Source of the DNA: Candidatus Thorarchaeota archaeon
Lineage (GTDB): Archaea; Asgardarchaeota; Thorarchaeia; Thorarchaeales; Thorarchaeaceae
NCBI GenBank assembly: GCA_003345545.1
Contig: PRDH01000078.1
Coordinates: forward strand, 1-64,000
DNA: 64,000 nucleotides
Direction of reading: 5' to 3'
The position numbers were made by a program, and so were the translations under genes. Of this stretch, positions 1 through 9,184 are shown one piece after another (position 1 is the first letter of the stretch; the number at the start of each line of letters is the position of its first letter). The notes beneath the pieces were generated by a model, which saw only the letters and a list, made by a program, of their open reading frames with translations, searched no databases and was not told where the DNA came from.

Positions 1-2
1 GA

Positions 3-203
3 ATTCGCTATGTTGATCTTGAGATAGATGTTGTGAGAGCCCCTGTGGACCAAGATCCACGGATAATTGATCAACACCTTCTGAAACGAGCTGTCCAACG
101 AGGATTCATCACAGAAGAGATGGCAGAGCAGTCTCGGGCGGAAGCTGAAGCTGCATATCAGCAACTCGTAGGAGGTATAGGTGTAGGTGGCGATTTGAAG
201 TGA
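3..203 (+). CDS. 3' end of a DUF402/FAU-1-like RNA-binding ribonuclease (partial, starts before the window)
   Basis: Manual translation IRYVDLEIDVVRAPVDQDPRIIDQHLLKRAVQRGFITEE...GGDLK* with TGA at 201-203; YVDLEIDVV is typical of DUF402. Confidence 0.7.
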   Translation: MRYVDLEIDVVRAPVDQDPRIIDQHLLKRAVQRGFITEEMAEQSRAEAEAAYQQLVGGIGVGGDLK

Positions 204-206
204 AAC

Positions 207-467
207 TCACCATTCTTCCATGGCGTCCACTGATTCGGAAGTTCTCATTGAGAGATCTATTGAACTCATAATATCTTCCAGTGTTGCACCTAGACTCTCA
301 ATACGTCTCTCGCAGTGAATCTTGACAGACAAACATGCACCTTTTACTGCACATTCAATAGTCAATCCTGTCGGAAGAGGGGAATTGTCAGGAGATATAG
401 TGTCTAAGACCCTCTCTGCAATTTCAGAAGACTGAAATTCTATCTCGATTGCTGCAATCATGTTCAA
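207..467 (-). CDS. pcc1: KEOPS complex subunit Pcc1
   Basis: 86 aa, EIEF..AERVLDTISPD..SLGATLEDIMSSI pattern; sits in the conserved archaeal rps15-DHH-pcc1 order. Confidence 0.85.
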   Translation of the reverse strand: MNMIAAIEIEFQSSEIAERVLDTISPDNSPLPTGLTIECAVKGACLSVKIHCERRIESLGATLEDIMSSIDLSMRTSESVDAMEEW

Positions 468-1792
468 CCGCCTGCCGCAGTTAAGGCCGTGACTATTTGA
501 AGTGACGTTTCTTTCATTTCAGACGGGCCAGCAATGGTGATGGACTGGGGAGATGTGGCGACTGGCAGGATGCCATTTCCTAATAGACTATGAAGAACCT
601 GTTTGATGCTCAATCCAGCGGAGGGCCAGATGATAGTGTAGGACTCTTCATTATCCAGAACGACCGGCCTGTCGGAACCTACGAGCCTATTACTCAGAGC
701 AATTCTACCCACATCAGGCAATATTTCGGTCTTTGAGCCGAGGATTTTTACTATTGTAGCAGAAGGAGTAGACTCACTGACCAGTCCCAAGTCAAGCCTC
801 TGGATTGCTGAAATGACATCCTTATGGTGACTCATATGGCTATCAATTAGACTCCTTAGAGCTCTTCCCCTGTCCCCTAACCATACACTCATCGATGCGC
901 CAAGTTCACGTCGCACCCATGCAGTAGTGGCAGTTATTTCGATTCCAGATGCATATCTTAGAGGACAGGTTTCGCGTTCCTGTGTGAATATGTAGTCCTT
1001 GCCTAGAAGCTGTGGAATTACCTCCGGATCCAGTCGTGTAATAAGCTGTGAGGTCAAACGTTGCGCCTCTGATGAACTCAACGAGCTCAGCGGGGAGCGC
1101 AGTTTGGGAACGGGTATCTCCGATTTATTGAGTAACTCGTCACACGCCTTCTGGTTTCCGCTTAGTGTGTGAAGATAGGGATGAGTGCTGTAGAGAAATG
1201 CTTCATCAAGTGGTAACATACCGATTCCGAACAGTCTGAATCCCTTTCGCTCTTCAATAAGCCCTTCCTTTTCAGCTAGCTTGATGATATCCATACCTGC
1301 TCCTTTCTTGGATTCATTTATGCTGTCTTGAACAAGGGTGCCTGCTGCAGCGAGCTGTAAGTCATACGGATCCAATTCCACATGCGATTTAGCTAGGACA
1401 TATGCCGCTGAAGGCATAGTAGAATCAGTTCCGAGAGTGAAGGAAGCCAATTGCTCTGATTCGGATGTCCCGCCAATCAGGATGGGATAGCTTCTGCCCT
1501 TCTTGACCCGTTTCGAACCAAGAGTGTCAATGCCTATCATGAAGACTGCTGAGGTTTCATACTTAGTCCTCAACTCGTTGAGTGCGTCTATGCTCATGAC
1601 TGGTTGTCCAAAGGTGATTTGGAACCTTCCGCTAGACCTCATGAGTGCCCTTGAGAGTATGGCAGTGGCAAGAGTTGCTGCTGGGTACGGAGAGGTCACT
1701 ATGAGGGTATGAGTCCTATCATCTAGAGTTATACTCTTGCAGTCTTTTTCTAGCGACTTCAATGATGGATCGCTACTCGTCTCTTTGCTCAT
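464..1792 (-). CDS. RecJ/DHH-family GAN (Cdc45-like) protein with degenerate catalytic motifs
   Basis: Located between rps15 and pcc1; AAGTLVQD, GFRLFG..PL and THPYL..LSGN resemble archaeal RecJ-like proteins; no DxD or DHH motif visible. Confidence 0.7.
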   Translation of the reverse strand: MSKETSSDPSLKSLEKDCKSITLDDRTHTLIVTSPYPAATLATAILSRALMRSSGRFQITFGQPVMSIDALNELRTKYETSAVFMIGIDTLGSKRVKKGRSYPILIGGTSESEQLASFTLGTDSTMPSAAYVLAKSHVELDPYDLQLAAAGTLVQDSINESKKGAGMDIIKLAEKEGLIEERKGFRLFGIGMLPLDEAFLYSTHPYLHTLSGNQKACDELLNKSEIPVPKLRSPLSSLSSSEAQRLTSQLITRLDPEVIPQLLGKDYIFTQERETCPLRYASGIEITATTAWVRRELGASMSVWLGDRGRALRSLIDSHMSHHKDVISAIQRLDLGLVSESTPSATIVKILGSKTEILPDVGRIALSNRLVGSDRPVVLDNEESYTIIWPSAGLSIKQVLHSLLGNGILPVATSPQSITIAGPSEMKETSLQIVTALTAAGG

Positions 1793-1825
1793 CTCAAGGA
1801 GAGAAAGGCGTCTAGCATGATAAAA

Positions 1826-2287
1826 CTATCTTAGCAGCACAGCAGCCTGATCAGGTGTGTACTTCCAGTCTACAGGTAAGACCTTCTTCTTGCGATAGTA
1901 CTTGGACAACCGATGTATCTTGTTCTCAGCAAGCAATAGACCGCGTTTAGAGGTGTGGTCCTTCTTGTTCTCTTCAAGGTGCTTACGAATGTGTGTTGCC
2001 TTAATTATCATGTTGCGAAGGTCTTCTGGTACTCTTCGTGTAAGGTCGTTCTCCTTGAGAATAGCAATCACACTCTTACCAGTGACAACCTTTACTAGAG
2101 GAACACCGTACTGGTCACGCAATATCATCCCTATCATGGATGGGGTATTGCCTGCCTTAGCAAGCTCGATGACCTTCTCTTCCACCCACCGCGCATTCTT
2201 TTCTTTGTCTAGCCATTCGGGCACGCGCATTGTCGAAGGATGCCTGCTTCCGGCTTGACCTTTGCGTCTTGTGTGCATTCTTGCCAT
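1826..2287 (-). CDS. rps15: 30S ribosomal protein uS15 (S13e-type)
   Basis: MARMHTRRKGQAGSRHP, ILRDQYGVP, KRGLLLAENKIHRLSKYY, LPVDWKY; start moved to the MARM ATG. Confidence 0.97.
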   Translation of the reverse strand: MARMHTRRKGQAGSRHPSTMRVPEWLDKEKNARWVEEKVIELAKAGNTPSMIGMILRDQYGVPLVKVVTGKSVIAILKENDLTRRVPEDLRNMIIKATHIRKHLEENKKDHTSKRGLLLAENKIHRLSKYYRKKKVLPVDWKYTPDQAAVLLR

Positions 2288-2402
2288 CGGGACAACCTCT
2301 AGGTCATCAATCCCCAAAAAACTCGGGTCCTGTTTTCTTGCCCTTGCGGTGTAGATATAAAGATTGCCTTGTGGTGACCAGAAATGTAGGTCTGATAGCT
2401 CT

Positions 2403-3035
2403 TCAGTGATATCTGCCGCGTTCTCGAATCTCGTTCATTCTTGACAGAGGGCCCTCAGCACCATCCCCAAGCACAGCAACATATCCTTCTATGGTAGCAT
2501 TCAACATGGACTCTTGTCTATCCCAGTGAGTGGTTTCTAGAGCTCTGCGAATGAGATGAAGATCCACACCCTTCATTTCTACCGTAGCATTCATCTCCGA
2601 TAGTCCGAAGTCAATAAGCCAGAGTCGTTGCTGATTATCAACGATTACATTGCTCGTGGTGGGGTCACCATGCACGACTTCACCCTCATGAAGGTATGCG
2701 ATTGATTCTCCAAATTTGAAACACAGTCTGGTGAGCTGCCTCTCGGGAAGCTTCTCTGCGAGCAGTTTGAATTGTGTTCCTTCTATGAAATCCATCAAGA
2801 TTGTGTAGTTGTTAAGGTCTACTGAATATACTGCGGGTGTGCGAACCCCTAGAGTACGAGCGATTATGAGCGTCCTGCACTCTCTGGCAGTGCGGGTCTT
2901 CCTGAGCAGTGAGTCAATCTCTTCTAGTAGATACGGTTTTGCTTGGCGCGATTTCAACACGAATGCCTGATTCCATCTCTCAAGTTTGAAAATGACAGAT
3001 TCTGCACCGAGAGCAAGAACATCCTCCTTCACCAT
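2403..3035 (-). CDS. bud32: KEOPS kinase/ATPase Bud32
   Basis: GAESVI, RTARE, VHGDPTTSN, IDFGLS, GVDLHL and C-terminal IRERGRY. Confidence 0.95.
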   Translation of the reverse strand: MVKEDVLALGAESVIFKLERWNQAFVLKSRQAKPYLLEEIDSLLRKTRTARECRTLIIARTLGVRTPAVYSVDLNNYTILMDFIEGTQFKLLAEKLPERQLTRLCFKFGESIAYLHEGEVVHGDPTTSNVIVDNQQRLWLIDFGLSEMNATVEMKGVDLHLIRRALETTHWDRQESMLNATIEGYVAVLGDGAEGPLSRMNEIRERGRYH

Positions 3036-4024
3036 CAGTGCCTCCAGAGTATGTCTTGTTCATCTGTTCTCCACTTTGGAAGAACGTATGAACTCTCGAC
3101 TTCAATCTCATGTCCAGACTCGTATTGTAAAATACCATTCCATGCAATCATCGCACCTTGGTCGCCAGCTAAAGAGGGTGAAACCCGATGGAATCGTGCA
3201 CCATGACGCTCCGAAACACCTGTTAGAATCTCAGTCAAGCGGTCATTGCGTGCTACGCCACCGGTGAGTAGAAGCTCATCCTTCTTGGTGTGTGCTAGGG
3301 CTCGTTCAGCAATCTCTGCCAACATACCAAATGCGGTTTCTTGAACACTGTAACAAATATCCGGAATTGGAACTCCATCAGAAACCAGTTTCTTTGCTGC
3401 AGTGAGCATACCCGAGTAGCTAATATCCATGCCCTTGACAGAATAGGGGAGACTATGGAAATCTCTACCAGCCCTGGCCTCTTTCTCTATTAGAGGGCCT
3501 GCTGGAAACTCCATTCCAAGATAACGACCAAGCACATCTAACATGTTGCCTATAGCAATATCCAGTGTTTCTCCAAAAGTTCTGAAGCGGCCTCCTGCAA
3601 ATGCGATGACCTGAGTGTTTCCTCCTGAAACGTATACGGTAACGGGATCTTCGAATCTGGATTCAAGACTACCAATCTCAATGTGCGCAACACAATGATT
3701 GACATCAATCAAAGGAATGTCGAGTTTCAGTGCCAGTGTTCTTGCCATCGTGGCAGTGGTCCTTAGACAGGGACCCAGACCCGGGCCTCTTGAGAAAGCA
3801 ATCAGGTTGATGTCTTTATAGCCCATGCCTGCAGTTTCCATTGCTCTGCAGATTATTCCTGGACCAAGATCGGAGTGATGTCTACTAGCTTCACGAGGAT
3901 GGATGCCTCCCTGAGACGGTTTCAGCATGTCCCACTCATTTGCGAGCACCTTTCCTTTACTCGTGACTATACCAGCGCCGAATGAGTGTGCAGTTCCTTC
4001 AAGTCCAAGACAAACTAGTGCCAT
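3035..4024 (-). CDS. kae1: tRNA t6A threonylcarbamoyltransferase Kae1
   Basis: LGLEGTAH, GGIHPREA, GPGLGPCL, VNHCVAHIE, YVSGGNTQ, GETLDIAIGN. Confidence 0.97.
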   Translation of the reverse strand: MALVCLGLEGTAHSFGAGIVTSKGKVLANEWDMLKPSQGGIHPREASRHHSDLGPGIICRAMETAGMGYKDINLIAFSRGPGLGPCLRTTATMARTLALKLDIPLIDVNHCVAHIEIGSLESRFEDPVTVYVSGGNTQVIAFAGGRFRTFGETLDIAIGNMLDVLGRYLGMEFPAGPLIEKEARAGRDFHSLPYSVKGMDISYSGMLTAAKKLVSDGVPIPDICYSVQETAFGMLAEIAERALAHTKKDELLLTGGVARNDRLTEILTGVSERHGARFHRVSPSLAGDQGAMIAWNGILQYESGHEIEVESSYVLPKWRTDEQDILWRH

Positions 4025-4167
4025 TATGATAGCCTTTGGTACGTTTGATTTTCAAGACTTAAGAGTGCGTCAATATAAGTTGACTCTTCCGCTCCGTCCT
4101 TTTTCAGACGTCTTGTAGCAAAGCCTTTATAATCCTCACAATTGGCCACTGTCGAGAGGCGTACAGT

Positions 4168-4395
4168 TTGTCAGAAAGATTGCCAATCAAAGCACTTGAA
4201 CAACAGCTTGAAGATGTAGTTTCTGTCAAGCTCAAGGATCAGAGAATCTTCAGAGGTCACTTGACTAGGTGTGACATGTACATGAACCTCACACTTGCCG
4301 AAGCTGAAGAGATCGAGAATGAACAGATATTGGCAAAGTATGGTCAGATACTGATAAGAGGGAATAATATCCTCTGGATACAGGTCCCAGAGTGA
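4168..4395 (+). CDS. Sm/Lsm-like RNA-binding protein (SmAP)
   Basis: Sm1 motif VKLKD..FRGHL..CDMYMNLTL and Sm2 motif ILIRGNNILWI. Confidence 0.92.
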   Translation: MSERLPIKALEQQLEDVVSVKLKDQRIFRGHLTRCDMYMNLTLAEAEEIENEQILAKYGQILIRGNNILWIQVPE

Positions 4396-4422
4396 TTGAT
4401 GACATCTTTTCAGAGAAGGGAC

Positions 4423-6462
4423 TTAGCGTTCTATCTCTCGGCGGTATCTCTCAATCATCTGTACAAGTTGCTCTTCGCCCTTCTGTCTTGCCTGTTCACG
4501 TACATCCTTGATGAATGATTGGAGTATGGCCTCAAACTTCTTGCGACTGATAAACGCAAATTCATCAATTCGTCTAAGCTCTACATCCTTTGCATCAATA
4601 ACCGGTATGAGGGCTCGAACAAGCTCCTCTCTTGGAAGATGCGAGAGTGGAGTACTGGCTACAACTGCTCGAATCTCTCTGTCGATTAGGAGTCCTGCAG
4701 TCTGAGGACCACCACCAGAAGCATCCTCAAACAGAATAATATCGCCGCGTTTGAGGCCGACTCTGTGGTTGTAGTCTTCAATGCTCTCTCGGGTGAAATG
4801 GGGAATCACTTTCACCGCCAACGTATCACCCTTCATCTCGAGGTGTCTGACCCCCTTGAAAAGCTCCAATCGGCTCTTCAGTGTAGCCTCCTGTTTTCTG
4901 AGTTCGATAATCTCCCCTTCAGCTCTCCTCAGTGATCCTTTTGACTTCTCCACTTCTCTATCGCGTTTCACTTTCCAATAGTTCTCTTGAGTGACAATCT
5001 CAAGACTGTCCATGAGCTCACTTTCTCTGAACTTGAGTAGCTCTATGAGCCGTGTAAGATCCTCTACCTTCTCTGTAAGTACTTGGTTATCATTCTCTAT
5101 CTGTTGAAGATGACTCTTGAGCGCCTCAAACCTCTCTTGGGTCAAATTCTCTTCAATCGGTGGACACGGCTTCTCCTCCGGTATGCTTTCGATGATTTCG
5201 GAACCGCCGTGTTCTAGACTCGCCCGAGCTTCATTAATCGCTGTACCTTTGATCACGAGCGCCTTCAGATGGTTCCTATCAATCGAAAGTTGTTCCTCTC
5301 TCACGATTCGATCAATCTGCTGCAATTTGGGCAGAACTGCCCTATAGGCATAGACAGCGGCTGTAAGAGCATCACGCTCATGTGCATTACGAACTCTGAT
5401 ATTCTTGTCATACTCTCGTGCCAACTCCTGTTTCTCAGCAACAGGAATGGCCTTTGCAGGAGTGAATATTGCAGCATTGATGGTACTCGCTATTTTCTCC
5501 ACAAAATGAGGGACCTGTGGAACATCTGAAGCTATAATGACTGGGATACCTGTTTCATATATCTCACGTATCATGTCAGCCCTAGTCAGCCCTTTCTTGC
5601 TCCTTAGAACCTTGACCCTGCCGTCTAGTGACATAAGGCAGTAGGCTGCAGCAGTACCCGGATCGACTCCAAGAATGAAGAATTTCGGCTTGCTCTCTGA
5701 AGGACCAGAAACTGGTTGAAGAGGCAAGAACTCGACCCGTTTACGAACCGGCGATATTAAGATGTTGAAGTCACCGCCCCTCTTTGCCTCGATTTTACTT
5801 CGAATTGCTGGTAGAGGAGCGTTCGCGGTTAGACGAGCACTTGCATACCCAAAATCAGAGGTGCGTACATCAATATCATACTCGATTCCAGCGGTCTTGA
5901 GCTGTGATTCAATAAAACGCGTCATCTGTTGAATCTCAGAATGAATTCTCCGTCTATACCGATTTGTGCTCTGCCCGCCACGGCCTAACTTCCGTGCTCG
6001 AGTTACTTTGATTTCAGTCTGTTCACTGAAACACTCCAAGAAATGGCCGACACCTTTTGCTGCAAGCTGGGCTGCAATTCTTGCAGTTTCCAAAGCGCTC
6101 GGTTTTCCTTGTATGCTGATGCCGTGACGCCTAGCCAAAATCCTAAGTTGAGTCTGATTTGGTGGGACTCCAGTCACTTGGACAATTCTTGTTTCAGTTG
6201 GAATGTGGCTTGCTAGTTGGAATAATGATTTACTATCGGACACTATCTCAAAGATATTGTCTGTGCAGAACCACCTTGGTACGGTCGTTTTGACCAACTT
6301 CAAAAGCGAACCTCTAGATACTTCTGCGTGCTCATTCAAGATGACGCCATCGCGCATTACGACACAGGCAAATTTAGGGGGAATCTTCGATCCAGGGCTA
6401 TGCGATGGTAATATGTCAAAACCAATAATGAATACACTTTCATCGCCCATTCGGCTCAGCAC
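4423..6462 (-). CDS. DUF460 (COG2433) RNase H-fold and coiled-coil protein
   Basis: IIGFDILP, TDNIFE, LGRGGQSTNRYRR, ILGVDPGT, NAHERDAL and a long coiled coil. Confidence 0.85.
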   Translation of the reverse strand: MLSRMGDESVFIIGFDILPSHSPGSKIPPKFACVVMRDGVILNEHAEVSRGSLLKLVKTTVPRWFCTDNIFEIVSDSKSLFQLASHIPTETRIVQVTGVPPNQTQLRILARRHGISIQGKPSALETARIAAQLAAKGVGHFLECFSEQTEIKVTRARKLGRGGQSTNRYRRRIHSEIQQMTRFIESQLKTAGIEYDIDVRTSDFGYASARLTANAPLPAIRSKIEAKRGGDFNILISPVRKRVEFLPLQPVSGPSESKPKFFILGVDPGTAAAYCLMSLDGRVKVLRSKKGLTRADMIREIYETGIPVIIASDVPQVPHFVEKIASTINAAIFTPAKAIPVAEKQELAREYDKNIRVRNAHERDALTAAVYAYRAVLPKLQQIDRIVREEQLSIDRNHLKALVIKGTAINEARASLEHGGSEIIESIPEEKPCPPIEENLTQERFEALKSHLQQIENDNQVLTEKVEDLTRLIELLKFRESELMDSLEIVTQENYWKVKRDREVEKSKGSLRRAEGEIIELRKQEATLKSRLELFKGVRHLEMKGDTLAVKVIPHFTRESIEDYNHRVGLKRGDIILFEDASGGGPQTAGLLIDREIRAVVASTPLSHLPREELVRALIPVIDAKDVELRRIDEFAFISRKKFEAILQSFIKDVREQARQKGEEQLVQMIERYRREIER

Positions 6463-6595
6463 TCACTTACAGCACGACAGACTAAATGGCCATGAACCCT
6501 TTTGACCATTGAGTTATGAATCCACTCATGTGGGGCTTTCCAAACAACAAGTATAATAAAGACTTACTTGAGCAACAGGCTAACGCTCGCATGAG

Positions 6596-6886
6596 GTGTT
6601 AAAACTGTCCGAAACACTACAGATCGACAATGATGATGCTATACTACGTATTGGACGTGCCTTATCTTCAGCCACGAGACTCAAAGTACTTAGACTTCTT
6701 CTTCAAGGAGAGAAAGATGTAACACGAGTAGCAAGACACCTCGGTGGAACAGAGGCTAATGCTAGCGCCCAAATCAAAATTCTTTACGAAGCGGGTCTAC
6801 TTGATTGTAGATATGAACCAGGTCAGCATGGCTTGAAAAAGATATCAAAGACAAAAGTAAGACGCGTTATACTAGACTTAGAATAG
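6596..6886 (+). CDS. ArsR-family winged-helix transcriptional regulator
   Basis: ALSSATRLKVLRLL..DVTRVARHLG..ANASAQIKILYEAGLL. Confidence 0.85.
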   Translation: MLKLSETLQIDNDDAILRIGRALSSATRLKVLRLLLQGEKDVTRVARHLGGTEANASAQIKILYEAGLLDCRYEPGQHGLKKISKTKVRRVILDLE

Positions 6887-6903
6887 GTGAGTTTCTTCTG
6901 AAC

Positions 6904-7542
6904 CTATTCAGCTGGAGAGTCCGAATAGCTCACCAGATGGGCTTTCCAGCGGCGTATTCTTTTTAGAATATTGTCACGCTCTTCAGGTCTGATACTTCTA
7001 TTCCCTCTAGCTCTCAGAAAATTCAGAACAATATCCATGTCCCGAGCTACCTTCTGCTTACGTTCATCGTTGTCAATCAAGTACTCTCTTGCAGACTGAA
7101 GATATTCCATAATTATGTCTGCGGTCGCCTCAGCCGTGCGCAGCTCCTGTGTGATTGGGTCAAGAACCCTGCTTACCTTTGCACTCAGAGCACTCACATC
7201 GACTGAATCAGTGATCGACTCCGAGGAGTCTGTTTCAATTGCTGTCATATCTTCAGATGGAGGCGTCAGGTGAGGACTAGAATGTGATGTCAGTCCTTCA
7301 TCGTTGAGTGCTTTCTGCTCGAGCTGTTCATCAGTATCAAGCTCTCCACCATTCTCAGGCTTAGTAGCTGTTTGCTTGACTTCTGAAAACAATGAAACAA
7401 CGGGGGATGATGTGCCGAGCGGCAATTCTGAGAGAAGGTGAAGATGTTCCCTCAACTCGCGCAGTTGATCAAAGAGTTCTACTAGTCCTGATTGCATTGA
7501 ATCAATCAACTGTCGTACGTGATTCAGTTCATCGTCATTCAA
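6904..7542 (-). CDS. Hypothetical protein: N-terminal coiled coil, acidic S/T/P-rich linker, C-terminal helical bundle
   Basis: 212-aa ORF filling the gap downstream of herA; architecture judged from composition. Confidence 0.7.
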   Translation of the reverse strand: MNDDELNHVRQLIDSMQSGLVELFDQLRELREHLHLLSELPLGTSSPVVSLFSEVKQTATKPENGGELDTDEQLEQKALNDEGLTSHSSPHLTPPSEDMTAIETDSSESITDSVDVSALSAKVSRVLDPITQELRTAEATADIIMEYLQSAREYLIDNDERKQKVARDMDIVLNFLRARGNRSIRPEERDNILKRIRRWKAHLVSYSDSPAE

Positions 7543-7624
7543 GGGCCTAAGTCCCCCGGTTCATCACAGCTGATTGAGTCTTTAGTCTTATCTTATCAGG
7601 ATTGCGGGGATATTGTACTACCAT

Positions 7625-9184
7625 TTACTTGTCAGCCCTCTTGACAGCCTCAGTAAGGCTCTGAGACAATCCAGTGGGCTCGAATCGTCTCTGACGTATC
7701 TTCACGAATGTTGGCACTGAAACGGTTTCGCCAATGAATAATGCCTCACCAATTTCGAGTGTTGTGATTGCATCAAGCGATGATCGGTCGATACCCTCAC
7801 TCGATCGACCAATATGGTCAAGATCGTATGGGTTTGTGCACCGAAAAATGGCTTGATTACTGCATTGACTAAGTACTGTAGTTGAGAGCCGGACAGGTCT
7901 TTGAGATATGAGACAGAGAAGTGCATGGAACTTTCGCCCCTCTCGTGCGATTGTTTCAATGCGGCTCTTCGGAAGAGCAACCTCATGGCGGCCCTCGGGG
8001 CAGAATTGATGTGCCTCTTCGAGTACTAGCAAAAAAGGAGGAATGTCGCCTCTTCGCCTAAGTCTAAGGAGCTCATTCGCAAGATAGGAAACGACTATCT
8101 GTTTCTTCTTCAGACTGATAAAATCGCTCAGGTCAATCAGTGTAATCTTGCCCGGTTTTGCAATTGTGCGAATATCAGGAGTAGCGCCCTTTCCGAATAG
8201 GCTTGTTTCATCAAGATTAATGAGCCAGCTAATGAGGGCCTCTCTTGTGTTCTTACTTACAGTTTCATCATCTCGTACGTAGGTTACAATGTCAGCAAGT
8301 GTATAACCGGACTTCATAGTGTCTTGCATCTCGGAGATTATACGTCTGAGGTCACGGACCTGAATCGAACTCATATCTGCAACCAAGGCACCGATTGACT
8401 CAGCAGTAAGTGATTGAACAGGTATCTGGAGATGTGATGCTCTGATGTGTTCGACTCTGAAATCGCCTTCTGTGAGACCTATGTCATCGGGCTTGATGTC
8501 TTTGAGATAGCTATACTCACCATGCACATCGATGACAATGACTGAGAGCCGTCCCTGTTCCTTGGAACGGGCAAGTAATTCCTCCAATAACACTGAAACA
8601 AAGTAGGATTTTCCGGCTCCACTCATGGCCAATATGGCCAGATGCTTTGAAAGTAACCGGTCAATCGATGGGGTGAACTGAAGACTTTGGTATGCAAGGC
8701 TTCCCAAGTGTAGTCCATTCTTGGGGTCAAGGTTTAGGAATGAAACCAGTATGTCCTCATCGGGCCTTCTGACAACTGCTCCTGGCGACACAGAGAAGTA
8801 CGGACGAATAGTCCTGCCCTCAGCCCACAGACCCAGTACTCTTGCTTTCGCTATAGTATATTGCCATCGATCTGTGGGAAATATCGAGCGTAGTGGCTCT
8901 CCTCGCGACTGATATTCTCTCACTGCCTCCGCATGTTGATAGTATCTGTTTGTTCGGACTAGGTCCAGTACTCTCGCAATCACAGTCCCATTCTCAGTTA
9001 CTACTGATACAAACTCGCCACGCCTTGCAACAACCTCTTTTGGACCGCCCTCCACAACAAAAGAGAATTCCATTACATTGGGTCCTGAGTCTGTGGATAC
9101 TATGGTCCCTAATCTGGCTGAAGATGGATACTCTGTTGATATTTCAACTTCCTCCAAATGGATTTCTTGATCGCCTCTTTTCAA
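7625..9184 (-). CDS. herA: HerA bipolar helicase/ATPase
   Basis: N-terminal HAS barrel, HLAILAMSGAGKS, IDVHGEY, LEEAHQF, IAREGRKF, SQRP; adjacent to nurA. Confidence 0.9.
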   Translation of the reverse strand: MKRGDQEIHLEEVEISTEYPSSARLGTIVSTDSGPNVMEFSFVVEGGPKEVVARRGEFVSVVTENGTVIARVLDLVRTNRYYQHAEAVREYQSRGEPLRSIFPTDRWQYTIAKARVLGLWAEGRTIRPYFSVSPGAVVRRPDEDILVSFLNLDPKNGLHLGSLAYQSLQFTPSIDRLLSKHLAILAMSGAGKSYFVSVLLEELLARSKEQGRLSVIVIDVHGEYSYLKDIKPDDIGLTEGDFRVEHIRASHLQIPVQSLTAESIGALVADMSSIQVRDLRRIISEMQDTMKSGYTLADIVTYVRDDETVSKNTREALISWLINLDETSLFGKGATPDIRTIAKPGKITLIDLSDFISLKKKQIVVSYLANELLRLRRRGDIPPFLLVLEEAHQFCPEGRHEVALPKSRIETIAREGRKFHALLCLISQRPVRLSTTVLSQCSNQAIFRCTNPYDLDHIGRSSEGIDRSSLDAITTLEIGEALFIGETVSVPTFVKIRQRRFEPTGLSQSLTEAVKRADK

